In this document: piece after piece, positions 21,162 to 30,499 of the stretch
How the letters are laid out: the number at the start of each line of letters is the position of its first letter
Position numbering within the stretch: position 1 is the stretch's first letter
IMG/VR virus record: IMGVR_UViG_3300032309_000931
Location: 29,876-93,875 of that record
DNA: 64,000 bases
Source of the DNA: a virus
Direction: 5' to 3' (one strand)
Program-made: the position numbers and the translations under genes
Notes under the pieces: generated by a model
What the model saw: the letters and a program-made list of their open reading frames with translations, nothing else
Told to the model about the DNA's origin: nothing
The model's database searches: none

Positions 21162-22457
21162 TTAGAGTTCGATGTATGTTTTGATTACTTTAAATGTAGT
21201 TCCAGCTGTGGTTGTAGCAGTTAAACGAACATATGATGCTTCTCCACTTTCGTAGGCTGCAGTATATTCTGCAAGAGATGCATTTGAGAACATATTTGCA
21301 TACTCAGTAATGTATACATTATTGCCTGAATCATAAGTTACAAGTAATTCTGTAACTTCAACATCACCAGCTTTGTAAGCCTGAATAATGTATTTTGCTG
21401 TTCTATAAACATCAACATCAAATGCGTCTACACTAACTGTTGTGCTTGATGATGTTACTGTTCTACTGTCAATAAGCCCATTTACTAACTCTACCGACCC
21501 AACCTGAAGTTGTGCAGTAGCATTTGTACCAATTGTAACTGTGTCACTTGTTGAATTTACATTTACTGTAATAGCACCAGAACCAGTGAAGGTTAGAGTA
21601 TCGTTTGAGCTATCTGGTGTTGCAGTTGTTGCCCCATCTGAAATAGTGTTGAATAGGTTAACACTTCCACTAGTTGTAATTGCTGCTTCTGTGGCTGCAC
21701 CTGCACTATCTCCAGGTGTTGAAAGATACCAAGCGTTCGCTGTCTCATTCCAGTAAATTTTTGCATTGGTATAAGATCCACGCTCAACTTCAATACCAGC
21801 GTCAAGATTTGGTACTCCAGTAAAGTTGGTGTTAAGCATAACAATGTTATCTTCAACAGCAAGGGTATCTGTATTAAGAGTTGTAGTTGTACCACTAACT
21901 GTTAGGTTTCCTGTAACAGTAAGGTTGTTACCAATTGTTACGTTGTCTGGAAGACCGATTGTTACTGAACCAGTACCTGCAGAAACTTCAATCTCATTTG
22001 CAGTTCCAGAAACTCCTGTTACACCAGAGTTGGTAATTGTAATGGTATCGCTTGTTGCATTTCCTGCAATGGTAATACCAGTGCTTGGTGTAATGGTAAT
22101 TGTGTCAGAGTTATTAGCTGCGACAATTGATGTTCCATTTGCAATGAATGTTTTAAAGATGTTTTGCGATGAACCAAGGTCTGAGTTAGAAATTGTGATT
22201 GTATCGCTTGTTGCGTTACCCACAATTGTAATTCCAGTGCTTGGTGTGAGTGTAAGTGTATCAGTGCTGCTATCTGCAACTACTGATGTTCCGTTAGCAC
22301 TAATTGTTCCAAATGTGTTTGGAGCAGCTGGATATGCTACGGTAGCTTCGGTAAGAATGTTTGAGCTGTTGATGGTTCCGTTTGTACCTGTAATGGTTAC
22401 GTTACCGTCAACAGTCAGACCGTTCTTAACTCTAAAGTTTTTGTTTACGGTTGCCAT
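21162..22457 (-). CDS. tail fibre-like virion protein
   Basis: MATVNKNFRVKNGL N-terminus paralogous to 17824..21108; internal F.TI.ANGTS..A..S.DT.T.TP repeats; AGIEVERG; YRTAKYIIQ C-domain. Confidence 0.65.
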   Translation of the reverse strand: MATVNKNFRVKNGLTVDGNVTITGTNGTINSSNILTEATVAYPAAPNTFGTISANGTSVVADSSTDTLTLTPSTGITIVGNATSDTITISNSDLGSSQNIFKTFIANGTSIVAANNSDTITITPSTGITIAGNATSDTITITNSGVTGVSGTANEIEVSAGTGSVTIGLPDNVTIGNNLTVTGNLTVSGTTTTLNTDTLAVEDNIVMLNTNFTGVPNLDAGIEVERGSYTNAKIYWNETANAWYLSTPGDSAGAATEAAITTSGSVNLFNTISDGATTATPDSSNDTLTFTGSGAITVNVNSTSDTVTIGTNATAQLQVGSVELVNGLIDSRTVTSSSTTVSVDAFDVDVYRTAKYIIQAYKAGDVEVTELLVTYDSGNNVYITEYANMFSNASLAEYTAAYESGEASYVRLTATTTAGTTFKVIKTYIEL

Positions 22458-22472
22458 TTTATTATCTCCTTA

Positions 22473-22919
22473 TTATGCCTTTAATCCCATACGAGCGAAT
22501 CGTACAGTGATTGGCGTTACGGCAGGATTTGGGGTAACTACAAGAGTTACGTTTGCTCCTACCTGAGAGACGCTAACGGTTCCAATATCCCCATCATTGT
22601 CTATTGATCCATATTGACTAACGTTAACGTTTGTTCCGTCAATAAGGATTGTTAATTCGGTTGCAAAGAATTTATTTGCACCGCCTGTAATTTTAGAAAT
22701 AGAAACTATGTACTTAACCATTCTCCAACTAGATGCTGGGAAGGTGTCTACTGTAGTTGCATTCTCAATTCCATTAATTGTTTCTTCGTTATTACCACTT
22801 GACCCAAGCTCTGTTGCTTGAGCTGCAAGTGTGTCAATTAATAGTGCGTAGTCGGCACCGTTTGGGACATCACCAGTTTCAAACTTAGCTTTAATTTCTG
22901 CGAGGGTAGGTCTAGGCAT
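22473..22919 (-). CDS. virion protein
   Basis: KAKFETGDVP...DY..LID N-terminus; WRMVKY domain similar to C-terminus of 21162..22457. Confidence 0.55.
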   Translation of the reverse strand: MPRPTLAEIKAKFETGDVPNGADYALLIDTLAAQATELGSSGNNEETINGIENATTVDTFPASSWRMVKYIVSISKITGGANKFFATELTILIDGTNVNVSQYGSIDNDGDIGTVSVSQVGANVTLVVTPNPAVTPITVRFARMGLKA

Positions 22920-22946
22920 AATACATTAATTATATCATTAATGTTT

Positions 22947-23255
22947 TTATAAAATGTAGTTACTTACACCAACAATAGCAATACCAATGGGTGCTGGATT
23001 TCCTGGTCCATACCCTGCGATTCCAATGTCTGTAAATCTTACATAAAAAGGAATAACATCAATAGCTCTGGCGGTATAAACAATATCTTGAACTGTTGTA
23101 AGTGGATATCCCACTGTTGTAACTTTTGCATCGTGAATAATGTCTGTAATCTTTGCAGAATGTGCCTCACCTGTTACAGAAGTATTTGAGTATGAGGTTT
23201 GTACCACGGAACCAAGGTATCCAGGCTTAATGTCACTAATAACTGCTTTAGCCAT
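22947..23255 (-). CDS. hypothetical virion protein
   Basis: coupled ORF in structural block. Confidence 0.55.
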   Translation of the reverse strand: MAKAVISDIKPGYLGSVVQTSYSNTSVTGEAHSAKITDIIHDAKVTTVGYPLTTVQDIVYTARAIDVIPFYVRFTDIGIAGYGPGNPAPIGIAIVGVSNYIL

Positions 23256-23659
23256 TAGCTCATTCCTGAATTAGTAATATCCTCAATTACAATCATACTG
23301 CCCTGGCAGACTGTCCAAATTCTTGTAGCATCTTTAATTTCAATATCAAACAGGTCGCCAGTCTCTAGACGGTTTGTTTGTGATGCGGTTAGCTTTACTG
23401 TAAATTCTCCAACACCATCTCCTGCAACTGCAGCAGGTGTAACAGTTGTAATAAGTGTGGCAGCGTCTGTCATTTCTGGTACTGTCTGTTCTACTGTTGG
23501 ACGTTTAATCTGCATTGATTTAGTCCAAGATGTAACATTGAGTGCAGCCTTTGTATCGTCAGTTACATAGACACGAAATGCGGCGGTATCTCCACGAACT
23601 ACAGTCCAAGTTACAAGTGGTGGAACATTTCCAACAGGATAATTTTTACGAGTTGCCAT
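23255..23659 (-). CDS. putative baseplate/virion protein
   Basis: VTWTVVRGDT..F; paralog of 25173..25544. Confidence 0.5.
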   Translation of the reverse strand: MATRKNYPVGNVPPLVTWTVVRGDTAAFRVYVTDDTKAALNVTSWTKSMQIKRPTVEQTVPEMTDAATLITTVTPAAVAGDGVGEFTVKLTASQTNRLETGDLFDIEIKDATRIWTVCQGSMIVIEDITNSGMS

Positions 23660-23679
23660 AGTATTTAAATTATATCACA

Positions 23680-24657
23680 CTATGTGATGTTAGACCATCC
23701 AGAGCCATTCCAAATTTTTATTTGAGCACCAGATGTCCAGGTACTGCCATTCCAAACCTTTATTTCACTTTGTGACCAACCTGACCCATTCCAAACTTTT
23801 GGACCACCAGGAAGTGTTTGTGCGGTAACAGTAGAACTTCTTTGTCCAACCACTGCTGTTATAGAAGCATAGTTAGATGATGTATGATCATTGGTAACAG
23901 CGTTAAGTGCGGCAATTTGAAAATCATAAGATGTATTTCTTGTAAGACCAGTTACATTATAAGATCTTGTAGTACTTCCAGTATTTCCAACTAAAACTGA
24001 CCAGGCACTTGATGAAGATAGCTTATAGTTAATTCTATATCCAGTAATTGCAGTACCACCATTATCTGACGGAGCATTCCAGGAAAGTGTAAGTGTATTT
24101 ATCGAAACATTTGATGATGTTGGTGATAGTGGTGCAGATGGTATTGTTTGAAACGCCAGGTAACCACTAATGCTACCAGTATGGGTTGTTGCAGATGGAA
24201 GGGTTCGATATGTAGCTCCAGTAGCATTTGCAGATCTAGCAAAAGTAAATGTCGAGCCAGAAGTAGTTCTAACTCCATATCCATACTCTGTACCAGCATT
24301 AAGAATATATCCAGTCATACCAGAGTCTGTATATGTTGTAGTTGTATTTGTTAACGCCTTAGCACTACCATAATATGTTCCAGTTATACCCATCTGTACT
24401 GATATTCCTGAACCATATGCACCAGCTGTAGAGTTGTAGCCACCTAATCTTAAAGATATTTCAGAAAGTCTAATTGGATAATTTGTGGCTGCTACCGTTC
24501 CTCCAGACTGAAATGCACCAGACTGAATGGCATCGGTTGTTAGAGGTGTTATTACTGAATAAGCCTCATCCCCAGCACCAAGGCTAAAAATATATGCCGC
24601 AGACGATCCAGTTGTATCCCCAGTACCATCTCCAACACTATATCCAAATGTAGCCAT
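23680..24657 (-). CDS. fibronectin type III domain virion protein
   Basis: PSAP..LSWNAPSDNGGTAITGYRI..GLTRNTSYDFQIAALN FN3 signature; three K(V/I)WNGS.W C-terminal repeats. Confidence 0.8.
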   Translation of the reverse strand: MATFGYSVGDGTGDTTGSSAAYIFSLGAGDEAYSVITPLTTDAIQSGAFQSGGTVAATNYPIRLSEISLRLGGYNSTAGAYGSGISVQMGITGTYYGSAKALTNTTTTYTDSGMTGYILNAGTEYGYGVRTTSGSTFTFARSANATGATYRTLPSATTHTGSISGYLAFQTIPSAPLSPTSSNVSINTLTLSWNAPSDNGGTAITGYRINYKLSSSSAWSVLVGNTGSTTRSYNVTGLTRNTSYDFQIAALNAVTNDHTSSNYASITAVVGQRSSTVTAQTLPGGPKVWNGSGWSQSEIKVWNGSTWTSGAQIKIWNGSGWSNIT

Positions 24658-24665
24658 TGATTATC

Positions 24666-25046
24666 CTAGTAGTCTACCCAGATATCTCCAGCTGTAAGAT
24701 TTGCTGTAGCTGGTTCATTTGTAGAAACAATAATTTTTCTAGTTTCGCCAATAGCTGTTGTATTAACATTAAATCCAGCAGTGGTTGTTCCATACCAGAT
24801 GGCACCCTTGATTGCTGAAGATGCCTGTCCAACTAAATTAATTGCAGTATTTGCTGAAGTAGCTGAAGACGTAATTGTTCCTGTAGACGAAATTGCACCA
24901 GTAAAAGCTTGACCAGCAGTATTTGCTTTTGATGCAATGTCGTCAGCAATACTTACGTGATAATTTGAGAATGCTGCAACAATATTAGCATTTTCTCCTA
25001 GATCTGGAATAGTTCCAGTAATTCCTGAGCTTGTGTTTGATCCCAT
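24666..25046 (-). CDS. small virion protein
   Basis: C-terminal VST.EP....GDIWV pattern of tail-associated proteins; leaderless. Confidence 0.55.
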   Translation of the reverse strand: MGSNTSSGITGTIPDLGENANIVAAFSNYHVSIADDIASKANTAGQAFTGAISSTGTITSSATSANTAINLVGQASSAIKGAIWYGTTTAGFNVNTTAIGETRKIIVSTNEPATANLTAGDIWVDY

Positions 25047-25059
25047 AAAATTAATTATA

Positions 25060-25173
25060 TCAGAAAACTAGAGATGTAGTTTTGTTTTTGTAAACTGTAG
25101 GAACTCCGCCTACTGTTACTTTAATTACTGGAGGTAATGAGGTTTTAGAATCTACAATTTTGATAACTGCCAT
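25060..25173 (-). CDS. 37-aa hypothetical protein
   Basis: TAATG-coupled to upstream gene; MAVIKIVDSKTSLPPVIKV... Confidence 0.5.
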   Translation of the reverse strand: MAVIKIVDSKTSLPPVIKVTVGGVPTVYKNKTTSLVF

Positions 25174-25544
25174 TAGAGGCTACCCCCAACATCTCCAACT
25201 ACACTAATAGTTCCAACGATAGGAGTCCAGATTTCTGTACCAGTATCTATCTGTAGGTCGAATAATAATTCTGCTACGATTGATCCGTATGTGTTACCCC
25301 ACTCAACAGTAACATCTGATGGTGCTGTAATTGTCAAAACGTTTGCAGCAAAAGAAGTTTCAAGCTCATACTCTGTATCTGTCTTTGGGTTAAAGGCAAC
25401 TGCCACAAAGTCCCAACCAGTTGTTGTATAAGATGTAGTTTCATCATCATTTAAAAATGAAACTTTAATAGAAGAGCTATCACCACGGACAACTTTCCAG
25501 GTAACACGAGCAGGGTCAGACCCAAAGAATTCTTGAAGTGCCAT
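25173..25544 (-). CDS. putative baseplate/virion protein
   Basis: VTWKVVRGDS; paralog of 23255..23659. Confidence 0.5.
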   Translation of the reverse strand: MALQEFFGSDPARVTWKVVRGDSSSIKVSFLNDDETTSYTTTGWDFVAVAFNPKTDTEYELETSFAANVLTITAPSDVTVEWGNTYGSIVAELLFDLQIDTGTEIWTPIVGTISVVGDVGGSL

Positions 25545-25569
25545 ACCTTTATTATAACATAATTAAAGA

Positions 25570-25617
25570 CTGACACTCAGGATGGTGGGTATGAGAGACG
25601 AACCTGAGTGCCAGCCA
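25570..25617 (-). ncRNA. candidate small hairpin RNA / terminator
   Basis: ~14-bp stem with 21-nt loop; own TGATATAAT immediately upstream. Confidence 0.35.
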
Positions 25618-25635
25618 TTATTTAATTATATCAGA

Positions 25636-26334
25636 TCAATCAATAGTTATGTAAAACAAAGAACTACCTTTTTCCATCTGAATAAGAGTTCGTTGATGAG
25701 CATCAAAATTTCTGTCTGCTTCTATAACTCTAACAAATGTTGGTCTACCAAGCCAGGAATTTAGTAGTTCTAAATCTCTAACATAAGTATCCCTATAAGG
25801 ATTAAGTGCGTCAATCACTTTACCGTCACCGATATAAATACCGATGTGGTGGAAGTAACGCCCCCATCCCCATCCTACAAGGTCTCCAGGTAGAACATTT
25901 GCTTGATCAACTCTTGGACCCAAAGCCATAATTGATGAAGCTGAATGCCTAACATCAATTCCTAGCTGATTTGCCAAGACGTGTTTAACAAATCCACTAC
26001 AGTCAAAACCTCTTGTAGTTGAACCACCATACCAGTATGGAGTTCCTTGGAAAGATACAGCGTATGCAACAAATTTTGACTGTACAGATTCAGGATCAGC
26101 AATGCGATCTGCTTCTGCTTTCATAACTTGTTCATATGCTGCGTCATATTTAATTTTATATTCTGCTTGTGCAGATTGTACTGTCTCTCGTAATTCAGCT
26201 CCCGAAAGAACTGACCTAGAAATAGTGACATCATCTGCCACGGCATCTGGAGAAGAGCATACGCTCAGCCCAAATAGTATTGATAAAACAATAGAACTTA
26301 ATAAAAAGCTCTTTAGTCTAGGATTTGTTTTCAT
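25636..26334 (-). CDS. NlpC/P60 (C40) peptidoglycan endopeptidase, secreted
   Basis: GTPYWYGG..GFDCSGFV, PGDLV, HHIGIYIGDGKVIDA; signal peptide; GGAGGAGG RBS. Confidence 0.9.
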   Translation of the reverse strand: MKTNPRLKSFLLSSIVLSILFGLSVCSSPDAVADDVTISRSVLSGAELRETVQSAQAEYKIKYDAAYEQVMKAEADRIADPESVQSKFVAYAVSFQGTPYWYGGSTTRGFDCSGFVKHVLANQLGIDVRHSASSIMALGPRVDQANVLPGDLVGWGWGRYFHHIGIYIGDGKVIDALNPYRDTYVRDLELLNSWLGRPTFVRVIEADRNFDAHQRTLIQMEKGSSLFYITID

Positions 26335-26625
26335 ATTTCAGATACCTCCTCCTCTTATAAAGAGAAAACACCTTATTGGCTAAGGCGTTGTAGGTTCAAG
26401 TATAACAGAGTTTATTCGATATTGCAAATTGCAACTGTTACGAAATGTTACACCAGTAATTTACAGGTATTTTGATATCAGAGTTGACAGGGGTTGCTGA
26501 GGTGTGTTATATTACTATAATGGGGGGGAATAGAAGTATAAGAAAAAACAAAATAGAAGAAAGAAACCCCTAAGAAAAGTTCTTCGAAAACAAGTCAAAT
26601 CAAGTCCGAAGGACATTAGTGTTAC

Positions 26626-26916
26626 TTATTTTTTGCTAATGTAATTGACGAACATCTCAGTTAACTTGTCAATCTTATCATCTAGCTTTTCGTGAAATTT
26701 TTCACCTTGTTGATTCTGAACTTTTAAATCTAGAATATCTTGTTCAAGTCTAGTTACTTGATCTTTCATTGATGAACCACTATTAGGTTTAAGTTCTTTT
26801 TTGATATCATCGAAGTAGTGTCTGACTAACCATCTTACTCCTGTTGCTGTGATAGTAATAATAGTAGCAGCACTAATTGTTATACCAAGAATCATCTGAA
26901 AAACCTCTAAAGCCAT
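26626..26916 (-). CDS. membrane-anchored coiled-coil protein
   Basis: N-terminal TM, KELKPNSGSSMKDQV.RLE. Confidence 0.55.
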   Translation of the reverse strand: MALEVFQMILGITISAATIITITATGVRWLVRHYFDDIKKELKPNSGSSMKDQVTRLEQDILDLKVQNQQGEKFHEKLDDKIDKLTEMFVNYISKK

Positions 26917-27120
26917 AGTATAACTATTATAAACTATCTTTTACTACATCTTGATATAAAGTTCTCCGACAATAACTAGATATAGTGTCATTAAAGCGAA
27001 GCGGAAAATTCGGCGGCGAATAGAGTATCCCAAACACCCTATCCCCAAACAAGGATAAAGAAACATCCAATACAGGGGCAATATGTGTTAACACACCGAA
27101 TGTGTTGATATACTAGATAT

Positions 27121-27330
27121 ATGACCGATGAACAAAAGCCTGTAATGCCTTGGGACCTACTTAATCCAAACCAGCCTCGTAGCACAAAAGAACTTAAAGC
27201 AGAGCGTCTTGCCATATGTGCAGAATGTCCTTTATATAATTCATTTGCCCATACGTGTACAATATGTAAATGTTTTATGAAGATGAAGACTAAACTTGCT
27301 CACGCTTATTGTCCTATACATAAATGGTGA
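27121..27330 (+). CDS. Cys-rich small protein (DUF6171-like)
   Basis: RLAICAECP..CTICKCFM..KT.L....CP..KW; TGATATACT ends 6 nt upstream. Confidence 0.65.
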   Translation: MTDEQKPVMPWDLLNPNQPRSTKELKAERLAICAECPLYNSFAHTCTICKCFMKMKTKLAHAYCPIHKW

Positions 27331-27453
27331 ATACACATCAGGCAAGCGTTGCTTGCTGTATACCGTTGAAAAATAGACCATCTCGTATCCAAGTACCAAA
27401 ATATATTCTAGCTCGTTAGAGAGCCTCTGAGAGCTTTATGATATAATTATTCT

Positions 27454-27627
27454 ATGGAAACAAATTATATGCACAAGGACTGGCTCACCGAACAATTTGT
27501 AGAGCTAAAGAAAACATCTCGTCAGATCTCAAGAGAGATTAATGTATCAAGAAAGATTATTAACGTATGTCTATTGAACTTTGGTCTTATTACAAGAGAT
27601 GAATTGGAAGATTCTGATCTACCGTGA
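27454..27627 (+). CDS. small helix-turn-helix DNA-binding protein
   Basis: KDWL..QFVELKKTSRQISREINVSRKII...L.NFGL; TGATATAAT upstream; not in ORF track. Confidence 0.6.
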   Translation: METNYMHKDWLTEQFVELKKTSRQISREINVSRKIINVCLLNFGLITRDELEDSDLP

Positions 27628-27780
27628 CAAATAGTGACATCTTCATTTTGATCATTTGCTTTGCACCTGTTGCAGCAGTGGCTATTGGGTTATTGTCTTT
27701 CTATTATGCATTTAGAGTTGATCAGGATGTATTTAGTGGAGATCTAGACTTCGATACCGTCGATTTCTAAAACATCCAAA

Positions 27781-28005
27781 TCTGAATAATTTTTTATTTG
27801 TCGTATGCGACGAATTCTGAATATTTTTTTTTATTTTTGGATTTAGACATTTTCTGAATAATTTGATTATGTGTATGATACACGATCTGAGAGAATAAAA
27901 CACTAAATCTTAGTGAGCACACTGCCTAAGCACTGCCTCTAATCGAGAATTGACTACTGGTGCCACCTAATAAATAGGAATAGTACTAGTGACTAGTGCC
28001 ACCTA
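27781..28005. repeat. short direct repeats at left edge of cassette region
   Basis: TCTGAATA at 27781, 27816, 27853; CACTGCCT x2; GTGCCACCTA at 27960 and 27996. Confidence 0.6.
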
Positions 28006-28010
28006 GTAAT

Positions 28011-28172
28011 CTAGGCTAGTGGAATCCAAGACCCACACTCTAGGCACGTGTCCGTAGCAACGTGGAACCAAGATTCTTCGTCACACACTACGCAGTCAGC
28101 GATAGCGTATCCTTCAACGTGCTGTCCACTAGCGAGCATTTCGTCACATTCTTCTGAGAGTAGCATTTCCAT
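28011..28172 (-). CDS. 53-aa CxxC..CxxC zinc-binding micro-protein (inverted cassette)
   Basis: MEMLLSEEC...CVVC...CLEC; AAAGGACA RBS and TGTCCG-N10-TAGTAT promoter on minus strand. Confidence 0.7.
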   Translation of the reverse strand: MEMLLSEECDEMLASGQHVEGYAIADCVVCDEESWFHVATDTCLECGSWIPLA

Positions 28173-28422
28173 TTGTCTGTCCTTTGTTTGTGTTTCTTTG
28201 ATATCTAAATACTATGTCATAGCACGGACATATAACTACCAATACCGCACATATTTAGGTGAACAATAGGTTAACAAATTTTGCGCCCCCCACGCAACAT
28301 TCTTGCGTGTTTTTACGACTTACGCAATAAATCCCCAAATAGCCTGTTTTTAGCCCTATTCTGGTAGTTTTATGTCGGTGGTCGATGTTACACTAAATAT
28401 ATAAACAAACAGAGAAACCAAA

Positions 28423-28487
28423 GAGAGTGAGCCTCTCAGAGCAAATAAGACCCAAAGGGTATGAGCCTCTCAGAGCAAATAAATCTC
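28423..28487 (+). ncRNA. tandem RUGAGC-hairpin-CAAAUAAR structured element (2 units) in 5' leader
   Basis: GAGA[GTGAGC CTC TCA GAG CAAATAAG]ACCC AAA GGGT[ATGAGC CTC TCA GAG CAAATAAA]TCTC. Confidence 0.5.
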
Positions 28488-28513
28488 AAGGTTTCAGATA
28501 AGGATAGAAAATA

Positions 28514-28624
28514 ATGAATGAATTTCACGGAAATTGCCAAAAGTGTGGCACTTGGAATCGAATTGCGTTTGTAGGTTCGATGTCCCTTAGCCAATTGCTT
28601 TGCAAGGCTTGCCGTAACAAGTAA
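28514..28624 (+). CDS. 36-aa zinc-finger micro-protein
   Basis: MNEFHGNCQKC...LLCKACRNK; AAGGA RBS. Confidence 0.75.
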   Translation: MNEFHGNCQKCGTWNRIAFVGSMSLSQLLCKACRNK

Positions 28625-28816
28625 GCCCCATAGCTTGTGCATAAGTTATCCACAGGCGGCGCACCACCATATCTAGTAACATACTGACATTTACGTACTA
28701 CATATAGATTCCCCTGAATTATAACAAAATGGTAACATAGCGTAACAATAGGGCATATCGATTAGTTATATGTCGGTGGTCTGTGTTAGGCTGTAGACAT
28801 AAAGAAAGGAAATGAA

Positions 28817-28939
28817 ATGAACGAATTTCACGGTAACTGCCAGAACTGTAAGGTCTGGACAAAGGTAGCCTTCAATGGCTCAATGGGTCTGAGTGAGTTG
28901 CTCTGCTCGCTCTGCCGTATGACACAGGCTACCAAGTAG
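28817..28939 (+). CDS. 40-aa zinc-finger micro-protein (paralog of 28514..28624)
   Basis: MNEFHGNCQNC...LLCSLCRMTQATK; AGAAAGGA RBS. Confidence 0.75.
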   Translation: MNEFHGNCQNCKVWTKVAFNGSMGLSELLCSLCRMTQATK

Positions 28940-28991
28940 TTTCGTGTCGTACCTCTAGGCTATACTGATAACAACAAGTAAGGACAAACAA

Positions 28992-29171
28992 ATGGAAATC
29001 GAAAACGAAATCGACATCAACGAAGTTGAGGACATCAACATCAACACTCTCACGCCTAAGCAAATGGCACTACGCCTAAACGCTCTCGTTCGTTTGGCTC
29101 AGGGTGAAACATTCACTACCCACGATTTTGAGGAAGCCCTAACGCTCACTCGCAAACTGGCTAAGCGATAG
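28992..29171 (+). CDS. 59-aa hypothetical protein
   Basis: own promoter, AAGGACA RBS. Confidence 0.7.
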   Translation: MEIENEIDINEVEDININTLTPKQMALRLNALVRLAQGETFTTHDFEEALTLTRKLAKR

Positions 29172-29179
29172 GGGAACCA

Positions 29180-29269
29180 ATGCTAGTCTCAAACATCGCC
29201 ACAGTAATTTGTGTGCTACTAATCGGATACCTAATAATCTACATCGCTCAGGAGATAAGCAATGACTAA
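29180..29269 (+). CDS. 29-aa hydrophobic (single TM) peptide
   Basis: MLVSNIATVICVLLIGYLIIYIAQEISND. Confidence 0.5.
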   Translation: MLVSNIATVICVLLIGYLIIYIAQEISND

Positions 29270-29351
29270 ATGTAAAGAGTGTAAGCGTAACCTAACTGTA
29301 ATAATCGAAAACTATCCTGATTTGTGTTGGTCGTGTGTGATGGAACAGTAG
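29262..29351 (+). CDS. 29-aa CxxC..CxxC micro-protein
   Basis: MTKCKEC...LCWSCVMEQ; AGGAGA RBS. Confidence 0.6.
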   Translation: MTKCKECKRNLTVIIENYPDLCWSCVMEQ

Positions 29352-29520
29352 GCGGATCGACTTATCCACAGCCCCCGAAAAGTTATCCACAGGGGGGCGC
29401 AAACTTATCCACAGCCTGTTAGTAACTTAGTTACGAATTGTTACGAACTTTCCCTAAAATTCCCTAGTTTTATGTCGGTGGTCAATGATAAAATGTAAAC
29501 ATACAAGCAAAGGACAAAAA

Positions 29521-29637
29521 ATGAACTGGTATCAAGTACTCGTAGAGTATGATGAAATGATTGGCACAATCTATGTTGCGGCAGATGAATTGGAAGCATT
29601 CAAGGCAAAGTATAAAGTGCTAAGCGTAATCATCTAG
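29521..29637 (+). CDS. 38-aa hypothetical protein
   Basis: promoter + AAAGGACA RBS. Confidence 0.7.
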   Translation: MNWYQVLVEYDEMIGTIYVAADELEAFKAKYKVLSVII

Positions 29638-29693
29638 GGTTTCGTGTCGGTGGTCGCTGGTATACTAATAACATAAACAAGAAAAGGACAATA

Positions 29694-29834
29694 ATGACAA
29701 AGAGTCGATACACAACCGTACTGGTGGAAATGCCAGACAAGATTTTTTTCCAAGCAATCCACATCTATGATTGGGCTAAGGAAATCGAATACTTGAAATC
29801 TCAGGGTGCTACTTCTATCACTATAGCCAAGTAG
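29694..29834 (+). CDS. 46-aa hypothetical protein
   Basis: promoter + AAAGGACA RBS; stop abuts a DnaA box. Confidence 0.7.
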   Translation: MTKSRYTTVLVEMPDKIFFQAIHIYDWAKEIEYLKSQGATSITIAK

Positions 29835-29843
29835 TTATCCACA

Positions 29844-29893
29844 GGGGTATCGAATGAGCCTGTAGTTATCCACAGCAAATAAGTCGATACCCC
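29844..29893 (+). ncRNA. RUGAGC/CAAAUAAR structured element
   Basis: GGGGTATCGA[ATGAGC CTGT AGTTATCC ACAG CAAATAAG]TCGATACCCC. Confidence 0.5.
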
Positions 29894-30026
29894 CAAAGTT
29901 ATCCACAGGCTGCGCCCCACGCAAGTTTATTGCGTCTTTATGAAGATAGTTGCGTTTTCCCTGAATTGGGGGGTTTTATGTCGGTGGTCGGCTGTATACT
30001 GATAACATAGACAGAAAAGGACAACT

Positions 30027-30206
30027 ATGACAAATCAACTCCCAGAAAACAAGGCAACTGCCGAACAGTATGAAACTCTCAAATCGCTTATCACAAAGCG
30101 TTACCCTGACGCAGACCTGCTTCACATCTACGCTTCACTCTCAGGCGTACTTTCAGTAGGCGTATCTGAAGAGGCTATGGCACGACTTATCGAACTACAC
30201 CAGTAG
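30027..30206 (+). CDS. 59-aa hypothetical protein
   Basis: promoter + AAAGGACA RBS. Confidence 0.7.
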   Translation: MTNQLPENKATAEQYETLKSLITKRYPDADLLHIYASLSGVLSVGVSEEAMARLIELHQ

Positions 30207-30258
30207 TTTCGTGTCGGTGCTCACCAGTATAATTGTAATACAAGCAGAAAAGGAAAAA

Positions 30259-30492
30259 ATGGAACAACTAATCGGAACAAACGTAAAAACACACAACCAC
30301 GCTTATCTTGGTGAGGTTCGCAACGTGTCTAGACTGTTTGTAAAGCCTATCTATCGTCACCTGAGAGGCATTGAGGCTAACGAGCCTTATGTTGCCTACG
30401 CTGTCGAAATCGAAGGCTCGGACAGTCCTAAAGGCTGGACAACGCTTATCGCTCGTGATGAAGCAGACATCCTGAAGCGTTACGCAGTCTAA
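30259..30492 (+). CDS. 77-aa hypothetical protein
   Basis: start reassigned to MEQLIG after AAAAGGA RBS. Confidence 0.7.
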   Translation: MEQLIGTNVKTHNHAYLGEVRNVSRLFVKPIYRHLRGIEANEPYVAYAVEIEGSDSPKGWTTLIARDEADILKRYAV

Positions 30493-30499
30493 TCCGTAA

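Noticed and set aside
15593-22457. Diversity-generating retroelement acting on tail fibres
   Set aside because: No reverse transcriptase and no TR/VR pair differing only at adenines was seen; the repeats are protein-domain duplications
7889-22566. Long plus-strand ORFs opposite structural genes (e.g. 7889..8392, 19115..19663, 21826..22566)
   Set aside because: Antisense shadows of biased coding sequence, with no RBS or recognisable motifs
26335-26400. Riboswitch upstream of NlpC/P60
   Set aside because: Only two short hairpins in a ~60-nt leader; no c-di-AMP or other aptamer consensus recognised
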